A DNA stretch of 63,072 nucleotides, counting the filler, from Reticulomyxa filosa (Eukaryota; Protista; Foraminifera), in NCBI GenBank assembly GCA_000512085.1. It is 20 parts of 20 records of this genome, joined end to end, with 100 filler letters (N's around TTAATTAATTAA, not from the genome) between each part and the next. Parts side by side here need not be neighbours in the genome. Positions count along the whole stretch, not along the records: positions 34,583 to 36,608 come from ASPP01039095.1; positions 36,709 to 42,762 come from ASPP01037934.1; positions 42,863 to 47,719 come from ASPP01003057.1; 17 more parts are not named here. One strand, written 5' to 3'. The position numbers were made by a program, and so were the translations under genes. Numbering within the stretch: position 1 is the first letter of the stretch; every line of letters starts with the position of its first letter. The notes below the pieces were generated by a model that had not been told where the DNA came from, did not search any database, and saw only the letters and a program-made list of their open reading frames with translations. Below are positions 34,583 to 46,900 of this stretch, piece by piece.

Positions 34583-36608
34583 CTGTTTATCACAATACTT
34601 GATTAATTCGTTCAAATCATCCAAAGCTATATTGTCATCATCATTGCAATTCAATTGAATGCGAGGGCTGAACATCATCAAACCGAAAGCCAACAATTCT
34701 ATTTTTTTGTTCATATTATAATACAATCTTTGCCAAAAATATTGTTCTTTGATGACTTGCATATTTTGTTTCAATCCACTAATCGTTGCACGTTTCCACA
34801 TATCTTCGGACATTTCTGACAATGCATTTCGAACATGCCATGTGCCTCTCTTTTTCGCCCTTTCTAACAAATGTATCACCAATAAATACAATTGTTTGTC
34901 ATTTAATTTCGTGGATATTACTTGAAATAATTTCACCAATTTATTTTCATATTTGTCGTTGTTTGTGTTCATCGAAAGTTCAGAAATAAATATCAAAGCG
35001 TTGAAAATTCTCTCTAATTGTTTTTCACTCCATTTCGTTACAATTTCTTTAAGTGCTTCTTCATATGAATAAAAGTAATCATATTCCAGTTCATTTGGCA
35101 AAGCATTAAAAACTCCTTCCAGTTGTTTATCAGTCAAATTCGTTGAAATTACTCCGAGTGATCTTGCACATGATACACGAACGTCATTTATTTTATCTTT
35201 TAACCCACATATCAAAGTGTCGAACATTTTTTGTAGTTGTCTTTCATTCGCTTGTATCGCAATCATACCAAATGATTTTGCACATGATACACGAACACTT
35301 TTATCTTCATCTTTTAATCCACTTATCAAAAAGCCGAGCACTGTTTCCAGTTGTTTTTCACTCGCTTTTGTCACAATTATCTTAAGTGAATTTTCACATG
35401 ATCCACGAACAAAACAATTTTCATCTTTTAAGCCAGGAATGAAAGCACTGAAAATTCTATCCAATTGTTTATCATTCAATTTTGTTGAAATTGTTTCAAG
35501 TGATTCTTTACATAATGCACGAATGCATTTTTCATCTTTTAATTCATTCAAATGTTCAAAAACATTATCTAATTGCTTTTTATTTAATTTCATTGAAACA
35601 TATCCAATACATTCTGCACACAATTCATTATTACTTTTGAGTCCGTTGATCAAAGATATAAAAACAGAATCGATTTGTGTTTCACTCAATTTCATTGCAA
35701 TTCCTTTAAGTAAATCTCTGGATGTATTACAATAATATCCATTTATATTTTGAAATCTATCAATCAAACATTGAACAGTAATATTCAATTGTCTATTAGT
35801 CCATTTCTTTGAAAGTTTTACAAGTGATCGTGCACATGACCACCGAACCCTCGAATTACTATCTTTTAATCCATTTGTCAAACGTTCAAAAGCATCATCG
35901 AAATATTTTCCATTTAGATTCACTGCAATTATCTCAAATGATTGTGCACATGACCACCGAACACTCGAATCACTATCTTCCAATCCATTCATCAAACGTT
36001 TAAAAGCATCATCGAAATGTTTTCCATTTAAATTCACTGCAATTATCCCAAGTAATTCTGCACATTTACCACGTACATTTTTATCATTATTTTCATCATC
36101 GAATATATCCATTGAAGAGTTAAAAGCTTTATTCAATTGTTGTTCATTACATTTATTTGAAATTATTTTAAGTACTTGAATGCAAATGGTATGAATATTT
36201 TCATATTCCTTTTTACCATTTAACTTATTCACACAATAATTCAATGCAATATCCATTTGTTTTTCGTCCAATCTCTGTGCAATTCCACGAAGTAGAATAT
36301 CATATCCATATCTATTTTTTCTATTTAATCCACTAATGAAACAATTAAAAATGTTATCGAATTGTCTCTCAGGCAATCTCACTGTAATTGCCTCAAGTAC
36401 TCTTTTATACGTCCAATGATAATCTTCATCGAATATGCCCATTAAAGAATTGAGAACATCATTCAATTGTTTTTCATTCAATTTCATTGAGAGTTCTCCA
36501 AGTAATTCGTAGTCGCTACTATTTAATTGTTCCTTTTCATTGGATAATCGACGAATAAAACATGGAAAGACATCACCTAATTGTTCTTCTTTCAATTTCA
36601 TTACAAAT
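34583..36608 (-). CDS. HEAT-repeat protein (partial; ORF open across the contig)
   Basis: 38-aa repeats such as LISGLKDEDKSVRVSCAKSFGMIA, LICGLKDKINDVRVSCARSLGVIS and LMNGLEDSDSSVRWSCAQSFEIIA. Confidence 0.92.
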
Positions 36609-36708
36609 NNNNNNNNNNNNNNNNNNNNNNNNNNNNNNNNNNNNNNNNNNNNTTAATTAATTAANNNNNNNNNNNNNNNNNNNNNNNNNNNNNNNNNNNN
36701 NNNNNNNN

Positions 36709-38568
36709 TTGTAGGTATTGACTTTGGAACTGATGGCACAGCATTTGCGTACAGCTTTTCCGATGGAAAAGTGTACACCGAACAAAAGTGGCCAGGACGA
36801 TTGATGGCAGAATCGAAAAACAAAACAAACATATTGCTTGACAAAGACGGTAGATTGGTAGCATTTGGTCAAGAGGCAACTTACAAATACACTTCAAGTA
36901 CCGATCGTTCCTTAGAATTTTATGAAAATTTTACAATGGCTTTATACGGTCAGACTCCAAATTTTTTACTTTTTATTTAATAATGAATGACATAACAATA
37001 ATAACAGTTACAGATAAAACAGCTGAGGAAGTAGACAAGAAGTATGGCAATGAAGAAAAAGAAAGAGATTTGGAACTTTATTTGACAGCTGCAAATGGAA
37101 AGAAGAGAAAAACTTTGGATGTGTTAGTACAAGCGTTTAAGTTTATGCGAGAGCATATAATGAAAATTCTCAAAGACACCACATTTGTGCAAAAGATTGA
37201 AGATGTGCAATGGGTAGTAAGTGTGCCAGCTATTTGGTCCAATACAGCAAAAAACAGAATGAAAGAAGCGACTATCCTTGCGGGATTGATAAATGGATCC
37301 ATTCCTGATCATTTGATGATTGCATCAGAACCAGGTGTGATTCACTTTAATAATACTGGCTCTCCCCTTCAAAAAAAAAAAAAAAAATAGAGTGCGCAAG
37401 TATAGTCGCGCGTAAATATTGTAATCTTAAAAAAGGAGATAAGTATACTCTATTGGACTTAAGAGAAGGCACTGCAGATATTACTTGCCATCAAATATTG
37501 GATGAGATACATGTATTGCAAATTTATCCTCCAAGTGGTGGCCCATGGGGTAGCACATATATCGATGAAGCTTTTTGGGAAATGCTGTGCGAAATATTTG
37601 GAAATGAGATAATGCAAGAGTTCACATTTAAGCATCCACACGAATTTATTCAATTGATAGAACATTTCCGAGAAGTAAAATATTTGTACAGTCCAACCTC
37701 GCTCGATACGCCAAAGATAAAGATTGGCAGTATAACGTCATTCTTTCGAACATATAAGATAACATTAGACGACATCAGCAAGAAATTGAAAGAATACAAA
37801 TTAAATGACAAAAGTAATGTTATTAGGTTCGACAAAATGGTCGCGACTGTAAATTTAGATCATGAGGGATGGAAATTTGTGATGGACAAAGTCATGGACC
37901 CTCTTATCCATCATGTACACAAGTTGTTGATGGAACCACAATTGCGAGGGTGTCAAACCGTGTTATGCGTGGGAGATTTGTCCACATCGCCTTATGTTAT
38001 TCAACGTTTAAGGGATGTACTCGTCAGAGATCATAAGATAATTACAACAATTGCAAAACCAGAGTGTCCCATTTTGGCAGTGGTAGAAGGCGCTACTTTA
38101 TTTGGCATGGCTCCATCAATAATTGTAGAATATATCCTGGAGCACACGTATGGGCTGAAATGTGCCCGGGATTGGATAGAATCTGATGGGGAAGAGGGCA
38201 AAATCTGGAATGACGAAGATGGAAAATACATATTCGAAGATGGATTTGAGATCTTTGCCCGCAAGAACGCCAAAATAAATGTGCACAACCCTCCAATTGT
38301 GAAATATTTTCAGCCCCTTAACAGAGATGCTAAAAAAATCACAATTGAAATCCATTGCAGTGATGAAGAAAATCCCAAACAATGTACTGGCTCCACCTTT
38401 TGTGCGCAAGCCAACTTTAATCTACCAAACGATTGGTGGGATGGAGCGAATGGCGAAGACAAAGAAATTCCGATTTTCTTCTTCTTTAGTCGATCTGGAA
38501 TCCAAATCAGGGAAAATTATCTCGATACAGAAAATATTTTCAAAATCGCTTACTCAGACAGAAGGTAA
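36709..38568 (+). CDS. HSPA12: HSPA12-like atypical Hsp70 (exons about 36709-36948, 37014-37334, 37391-38568)
   Basis: VGIDFGTDGTAFAYS, WVVSVPAIWSNTAKNRMKEA...AGL, IASEPECASI (across intron), SGGPWGSTYIDEAF, LAVVEGATLFG...HTYG are HSPA12 signatures. Splice phases checked. Confidence 0.9.
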
Positions 38569-40069
38569 ATGTGAATCTAAAAGTTCTTTATTTTGTTTTA
38601 GGAGCTTTGATTAATGTTTAATAAGCAATGTTTGACACGTAATGACTACGTAAGGATACTCTCTTGGAAAGAAAAACTTCACAATTTTTTAAAAAAGAAA
38701 TAAATGTAAATAATATGCGAACTAGTTAATTAAAATATTACCTAATCAATGAATTATTTTTTTCATTCAAATAACAAATAATTAGTATCACCTACTGAAT
38801 GACATTGTATAAAATAATACAATTGATGGTATATGTGAAAATATCTAACTCATTACATCATATCATACAGTAATTTGCAGACAAAATAGCACACCCTATT
38901 ATTTCTTCATGGAAAACAAACACTTCATCCCAATATTTTTTTAAACATAATTTGATTTCTGTTTCTTTCAAAGATCGAAACTTGTATCGTAATTTTAAAT
39001 GGGATTTATGTTAAAATTGTTATTCGCATTGTAATACAAATTTTATTTTTGTTTCAATATTTTAATAGTTGTTTAGTTTGTGTATGCATAATAAAAAATA
39101 AATTTCAAGTGATACAAAATACATAATATACATTTTTTGCAAAAAGTCAACAACACAAAAAACAATACAAAATAGACATTCAAAATTATTGAATTTTTGG
39201 AAAATGAAATCTTCATAAGGTGGCATTTTAGGTGTTCAGTTTCTCCTTTCTAACATGCATACAATTTGATTGGTTTCTGTGTTTGTTTCGGATTTAGAAC
39301 AGTAAAAGAGAAATTCTAGCCGATCAATTCAAATCTACAATTAGAAAACCTAAGGAAATAGTCTTATTTATTTGACTAACAACAGTGATGGTGAACAGTC
39401 TCTGTATGTTGACCAGATTCAAGTGGACCTTGGAATTCCCTTCTTTCTAAAACTTACTTTGTTCTGTTCGAAAAAGCACGTTCTTTGTATTACACTTACT
39501 AATTCTGTACCAATATTTACTAAATAGTGTCAACAATATGCCCTTCATTAAAATGCCTCCGTATTTTTTTTAAGTTTTATTGAATAATTGTAATTGTCGA
39601 ATGATCTTTCGTATTGATACAAATTTCTTTGTTAGCAAACCAAAACGACTATCTTTTAGATCATATACAATACAGGGTAGTAATGCTTTATTTGTTGCAT
39701 TTATTTCAGTACATGTTTACACATATTTTAAAAACAAGTTTGACGACAAGATTTTTTTGTACTGTTCAGTGAACATATCAGTATTGTACCCTTTTTGTAT
39801 GTTCGCTTATGGAAAAGAGAAGTTGAAAAGAAAGAGTGCCCAACATGAGGTACAATTTTGTTTCCTTGCTCATAATCCAAATGTAACTATTTGATTGCTC
39901 GTTCATAACTTACTGCACGAAACAAGCACAGCAAAAGCGGTGAAAACAATCAGAGCATCTTTGAGAGTACATTCAATAGCAGAACTGCAGATGAACTGCA
40001 TTTAAAGTTGTTTAGGTTTAATTTTTTGAAACCTCTTTTTCTTTTCAACATTTACTGTATATTACACAG

Positions 40070-42762
40070 AGATACCAGAATTGCAACATTCCCAGATCTT
40101 CGGATAGAGAAAAATGGAGCCATCTCTAATGACGATGTTGATACTAACGAGGAAAAAATGTTTACAAAATTAATGGATACAATTGATCTTATTCCAGAAA
40201 ACCATTTGAAGAAAGAAAACAGACCAAAACAACTGTCAGAAAAAGTGAGCTAAGCTTTGATTTTTTGTTTGTTTGTTTGAATGTTTTACTAAACATGTCC
40301 TTCTTTTATTCACAAAAAAAAAAAAAATATGTGTAACAATTTGCAAGCATGAAATTGAGAGGCAGAAACAGATAATGCCAAAAGAAAAGGTAGATCCTAT
40401 ACAAGTTAAGTGTAAGCACCATTTTTGACGACTTTTCTCCTTTTTTGATTGGCGCCTCGCATCTTCGTATAGGTTGACATTGGAGTCTCTGCGGCAAGCA
40501 TAACCCAACCAAAACAAGATAGTGTTTGGGAAAAAGTTTTGTTCACTTTTGTGCCAAGTATATTTTTTAAAGCCGTATCTTTGTATTTATTGATTTGTCT
40601 ATTTACTACTTTTTTTTTTTTTGGCCAATTTATTATAAAAAAAAAAAAAAAAGTTTCGCGTTTGTACGAGCGACATGGTTGTAAACAAAAAGAGCTCGTG
40701 TATATCGAAGAAAAAGACCCGTTAGTAAATGGTATACAGACCAAAGGTGGGTTAATAGTGCAAACGATGGAAGGACGATTTATATATATATCTCCGGAAG
40801 ACAAATCGCTGACACAAATAGTTTATTCGCACTCTATGTTGCGCTCCATTTTTTGAAAGATGTCAGATTTTGTTCCTCGTAACAAATAAAATACATAGAT
40901 CCATGATCCAACTGACGAAAACATGACTGCTCTTAGTAGTTTTTGCATGCAGTACATGAAATCGAAAGCAGTTACAAACATTTCACTTTCCCCCTTGTGT
41001 TTTCCTCCGCTGTTCTCCTTTTCAAATGAAATTCAACAAATACACAAAATATGGGAATGGACGTAACACCAAAAGTTAGTCAATAGTGAAAGACTGGTTG
41101 CTTACTGTGAAGTAAAGTACAATTCGTGGTGGCCTCAATCGCGCATTTCACGCACGTCTGTTTCTGTAACCGAATTGTGCATAAATAATGGAAAAATATA
41201 TGCTGTGACAGAAAGTAAAGGAAATGTGTTGCTAATAGAGGATGATCTGAAGGTATATCTGTCTACACAAGTTTTTTTATCCTTTTTTTCTCCTCAAGTG
41301 TAACACCAATCACAAAACAATAAAAGACCCCCGAGACCAGCCGCTGGATTGACTTAGTTTCGGCCAAATAAAAAAAACAAAAGAAAACAAGTTTTGATTT
41401 GTAAAAAAATGTTTCTGATGGTTTTGTGATTGTGTGATTGTGTTGTTAGAGCATACCAAATCAGACATTAATTGAAGAAAAATACCAGTTAGAACTGAAT
41501 TTACCTTATTATTTTTCACGGCAAATAAAAAACAGAATGTTTTAAGTACGGTGGATCAAAAAATAATACAGTACAAAAAAAAAAAAGAGAGCAATTGACA
41601 AAAGTGCAAAAAGAATTGGAAGATGAAAAAAAAAAAGTGAAACAGCTCGAAAGTGCACAAGAGGATTTGACAAAAAAAAATGAACAATTAAGGAAAAAAA
41701 ATATGGAAAACGAAAAAGACATTAACGAAAAGAAAGAAAAATTAAAACGCTACAAAACTGAACATGATAATTTGGAGTCAAAGTGTAAAAGTATTGAAGG
41801 AGAAAACAAAGAACAAAAGAGACAAATCGATATCCTAAGGGAAGGAAACATTAAACAAAAGAATCAAATCACCGACTTGGAGAAAGAAAACAAACAACAA
41901 ATGAAACAAATCACTGATTTCAAAAATGAAAGCAAGAAACAAACAAAAAAAATAAATGACTTGGAGAAAGATATGGAACAAATCGGTCCTTTGAAGGCAA
42001 GAATAAAGAGCATTATTGAAAACAACGAACGACTTTCTTCTGAACATGCCACACAAAAAGAAGAAATATACAAACAAAAAGTCGAACTAAACAAATATGA
42101 AAAGCAAACTAAACAATTGGAGTTGGATTATCAACAGCAGAAAATTCAATTCGATACAACTAAAATGAAGTTACATGAATACACGACAATAAACGAAAAA
42201 TATCGATGCAAATTGAATTCTTTGAATTTGGAAAAAGATGCTTTAATCAGCAAATTGGAAAATTGCAAAAAACAGTCCGATGAACTTAAAGAGTATTACT
42301 TATGCTTCGTTTTCTATTTTTTTTCACTTTTTTTTGAAGAAAGCAAAAATATGACGCACACGTATGTATGTCTTCAATACTACAACGGATACTCAATGTA
42401 GAACAAATGCACAATTGTCCAGTGAAGTGCAAGATTTGAGGGGAAGAATTTGCAAACTGACAATTGGAGTAGGAATTGAAAGTAAATTTCCAGCAGTGAA
42501 TGATATTGCGACAACTTATGAAGGGATAAGTGATAATTATCGATTAAGTTTGGCAAGTGAAATTACCACACAATTAGAAGATAATGAAAAGATTAAAGAA
42601 AAGTATGCAATGTCATTCTTGGCAAGATTTTCACATTGTGTATCATTCTCAGTATTGTTGTTATCTTATCAATTTGTAAATTCGTATTGGGAAGATCAAT
42701 TACAATATTTGCAAACATTATTTGGAATAAATAAAGAAACTGCACAAAGATATTTTCAAACC
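40070..42762 (+). CDS. Multi-exon protein with a long Lys/Glu/Gln coiled coil (partial)
   Basis: 268-aa heptad-rich ORF 41595-42401 and a following exon 42401-42762. Several small upstream exons from about 40070 probably belong to the same gene (linkage inferred). Confidence 0.6.
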
Positions 42763-42862
42763 NNNNNNNNNNNNNNNNNNNNNNNNNNNNNNNNNNNNNN
42801 NNNNNNTTAATTAATTAANNNNNNNNNNNNNNNNNNNNNNNNNNNNNNNNNNNNNNNNNNNN

Positions 42863-42902
<40 letters not shown>

Positions 42903-42904
<2 letters not shown>

Positions 42905-43347
42905 ACTTGAAGAAAAATATCAAAGATCATTAAGGCGACGCAGAACATGTCTAATAATTGAACGAAAAAAGGCTCGGATTGCACATTGGAAGGGAGATGA
43001 CGGTGATTGTTTTCGAAGATGATAAGGTCATATGCGAACAACGTGGCAGTGGTGACGAGGATGACAAAGTAGACGATCAAGTACAGCTTGTGATACAAGA
43101 CTGCAAAGGCGCACATTTTGCGTTCGTTGGAGCCCCAGAAGCAGCACAGACAACAGGTGGAATACAGCCAGTGCGGACATATATTGTAGCGCATGCACAG
43201 CACGTTGTCATAGAAGCAGCCACAACAACACCGGTTTTCATTTGAATATGATTCAAAGCGAGCTATTGTATTATACATCTATACAATTGTTGAGTTGATT
43301 GAAAGAAATGGATCGTCCGGGTCATTTAATTAGTCAGATTTATATAC

Positions 43348-43379
<32 letters not shown>

Positions 43380-43982
43380 GTATATACAATTAATATACAT
43401 AACAATACCTAAAAGAATGTTTCGATAAGAATGAATAGTGGTCCAATTTTTAACAGAATGCATCGGGGATAACTTTATGTTTTGATTCGTTTGTGAATCT
43501 ATTTTTTTTAACAACGGCTTTTTGCATTGACTTTTATTTATGTGGACACCATTATACGCGATTTCTTCCGACTCACTCCTCCATGTCCTTTTAGTCTCCA
43601 CATTCGATTTCATTGGTGTCAAGTCTTGTGGCGAATAGGACTGCAACACATTCGGCATTTGTATTCCCTCCTTTTTTGTCATCTCTTCCATCTTCTTCTT
43701 CTTCTTCTTCTTCTTCTTATTCTCCTTCTCCTTCTCCTTCTTCATTGGCTTTTCTTCCAATCCCGATCCTTGACTTACCTCTCTCCACTCGATCACGTGG
43801 TTCTCCATGCTTTGATAGTACGAACCTATTGTTCGAACGCTTTCACTCAAACGTCTTTTTCTTGTCTCGCTCGGCTCAAACTCTTCGTCTTCTCTCAAGG
43901 CTGACGAGTCCTTCATGTCCTCTATTTTCTGCCAATTTGTAATAGTTTGAGTGAGTGAGAGTGTGTCAAAACTAACATACAA
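42903..43982 (-). CDS. Membrane protein, 5' part, with an ion-transport S1-S2-like helix pair
   Basis: Hydrophilic first exon (poly-Lys), intron with (TA)n, then a Cys cluster and LYLIVYFVILVTTATLFAYDL...LLDMFCVALMIFDIFLQ (two acidic residues 10 apart, as in voltage-sensor S2). The contig ends in the next intron. Confidence 0.55.
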
Positions 43983-46900
43983 TTTGTAACTGCTCTGAAA
44001 AGTGGACCTGAAGCAGACATATCAAACTTGCAAAAAAAAAAAAAAAAAATAAATTCCTTCAAAGCAAAAACAAAACGAAAATTTGATAAATGTCACACTA
44101 ATAAAAATATTAGATTTTCTCGTGCAGATGTTATGTCTTTTTTTTTACCAATGATATTTTAACAAAATTTTTTTTAAAAAAAGACTTGTTAAAAAAAAAA
44201 GCTTGTTGGTTTTTTTCCGAATGCAATCTAATCCGAACAAAAAATCGGGGTCTTGTACATTACAATATATTTGCTTTGAAAAAATGCTTAACTTTCAGTG
44301 GTTATATCCTTTTGGTTTAAACGTACTTTCAAAAAGCTGTGAAACGTTTCAATAAATCAAAATTTTATCTTGGTGATGTGAAATAAGTCGAAAGAAAATA
44401 TTGACGAATTATAAAGACAATAATTTCATTATATCGTTTATTTACAATGAAATAAACACACCAATATCTGTTTCTTTTTTATCTCTTTTAGTTAAACTTG
44501 TTCTTTTTTTTATTAAAATTTTATGAGGATTGTAGAAATGTACACAGAAACTTGAAATAGATTTTTTTTATTAAAAAAATCCTTGGTAAGTCTTTTTCCA
44601 TCCAATAAATAACAATTAAAAAAATCTTCTTTTTTTAATTGTTGGATGCAGTTTGTCAATATAATATGCAATCTTAAACTTGTACCCAAAAGGCGTATCA
44701 AGTTTTTTTCCAGATGGTTGTTCATGAGTCAATGAATGCCCAATAATTTGTTGATTTTAAAAAATTTTTCTAGTGGATTGCACTCTGCGTGTGGATATGT
44801 GATATATTCGCCTGCAGTAATCATGTAATACATTGCAAAAAATATTTCAATTTGATTTCTTTTTTTAAACGGACGGGTTGAACACGTGGAAAAAAACCTC
44901 TTTCTGTAATATGGATTTGGGAAACCCTCAAAGTGTAAGACACAGCAAGGAAGCGAAGCTTTCCTCCCTCTTAAAACGACAAAGTTCGGACTGCGTCTTG
45001 TTTCCAAAAAAAAATTCTCTTGAAGGTTTTTATTGGCTAAAGTGCTGATTGTTTTAGAAAAACTACCATTTGAAATATACATTATTTCATTTGATTGCGA
45101 CAGCTATTAAAACGTAATGTATTTTATTAAACGAATAAAAATTAAAAAAACAAATTTTTTTAATCTACTTTTGCAAAATTATTTTCGTAGATGAAAATTG
45201 TTGTTTTTGCTTTCTCTGCCAAAAGGCTGCAAAATAAAATCACGTTTCCTTTTGAAAACGCCTCTCCACTATCAGCACGCCAACGCGTAAAAAAGAGCAA
45301 TAATAATGGCGAAAAAAAGCAGTCAAGCAGGCATATACCTAAAAAAAGATACATTTTTTTAGTTTTTTCGGAACAAAAATTAGGACATTAAAGTCAGTCA
45401 TATTATGTGTCACTTGGATGGACATTTCCCATCAAAATGCACGAATGGGTCAGATCAAGTCGTCATTTTCATCATTATCACCGATTGCGTCTTCGAGGTC
45501 AGAAAAGTTAACAAAATATTGTAGAAAATCTGAAAAAAAGTGAAAACAATAAATATTATGTATTAAAAAAGTATATAAATTTATGTTTGTATTTACATCC
45601 AACTCCAAAACCTTTAACAAATTGGATACATTCTTGAGAACGATAATTAACAAATTCTAATACGTAATCATTTATTGTGAAGCAAGCAGTTCAAAAAATT
45701 GAACTGTTGTGCAATTTCTCAATAAAAGCATCTCTTAAAAGGTCACAGCATTTTGCTTCTTGGGTGCAAGATAAATTTCTTTTTTTCTAGTATGATGTTT
45801 AGTTTATCTTAATATTTAATCTTTTGGCATTATTACTAATAACAGCAGATTTTTTAAATCTATTTGTACGAGAGTTCTTTAATATCATAGAGAAAGACAC
45901 ATTTCTTAGATTTCGAAAATACGTCGTATATTTTGCACTTTTTAACTTTTTTAAATCATTTTTCATTTGCCAAAACCCTGAAACACATTACTCGAACATT
46001 GATCTTTCGCCCAACTAGCCACACTGTTATACTAATCAGCAGCAGAAAAGATTTATAATTTCGTCCCAACAAACTGTACTCTTAATTGAATAAAAGTTTA
46101 GTGGCATCCTTAAATAATAATTTAAGGATAACTTCAGAGACTAAAAAATTAATAACAATTTCTAAATTCATATCATTAAGCGAAAAGAAAACACGAAGAT
46201 CATACATTTAGCAAAACCAAAAATTCACGTATGCTTTAAAGATACTAATCTAAACCATTTCATTTTGCTGCTTTGAAATTATGCAATTATTATTCATTTC
46301 ATGAAAACTGCAAACACTGGGTATCTTTTTGTAGAAGCTTTAATTATAGAATCAATGTTTGATCATCATACTTTTACTTTAATTTTTGAAAAAATTTTAT
46401 AATTTGGATTATAATCCTTGAATTGTTTCCTGGATCATTTTCAAAAATAATCAAGCAAATGTTATTTTTGTGAGTAAAACGTTATCATTATTTAAGTTAT
46501 AAAGAATCTACAAAATACATTACGTTGATTTAGTTAAACAGCAAAAGAAATAGTAACTTGCACAGTCCCTGCCGCATATAATATATTTATTATTCTGTTA
46601 AATTAGCCATTCTAAACATCTTCGCCAGTATCCAATTATTCAAGTCTACCGAAACTAAACCAACTAAACCAATTAATAATACGTCTACGATACAAATCTA
46701 ATAAAAAGAAGAAATCAGTTCATTAAATTATAAAAATGATCAATCGTTATATGAGTACAATTTATAAATTTAAAATAAATCTAGTTCACATGATAGAACA
46801 TATTTAATGATTTATTAACGTAAAAAAAAAAAACCCAAAATTAAATGCAGTCCATTTATTCACTCTTTCGAAATAAACGACAAAAAATATTTTTCGTTAG

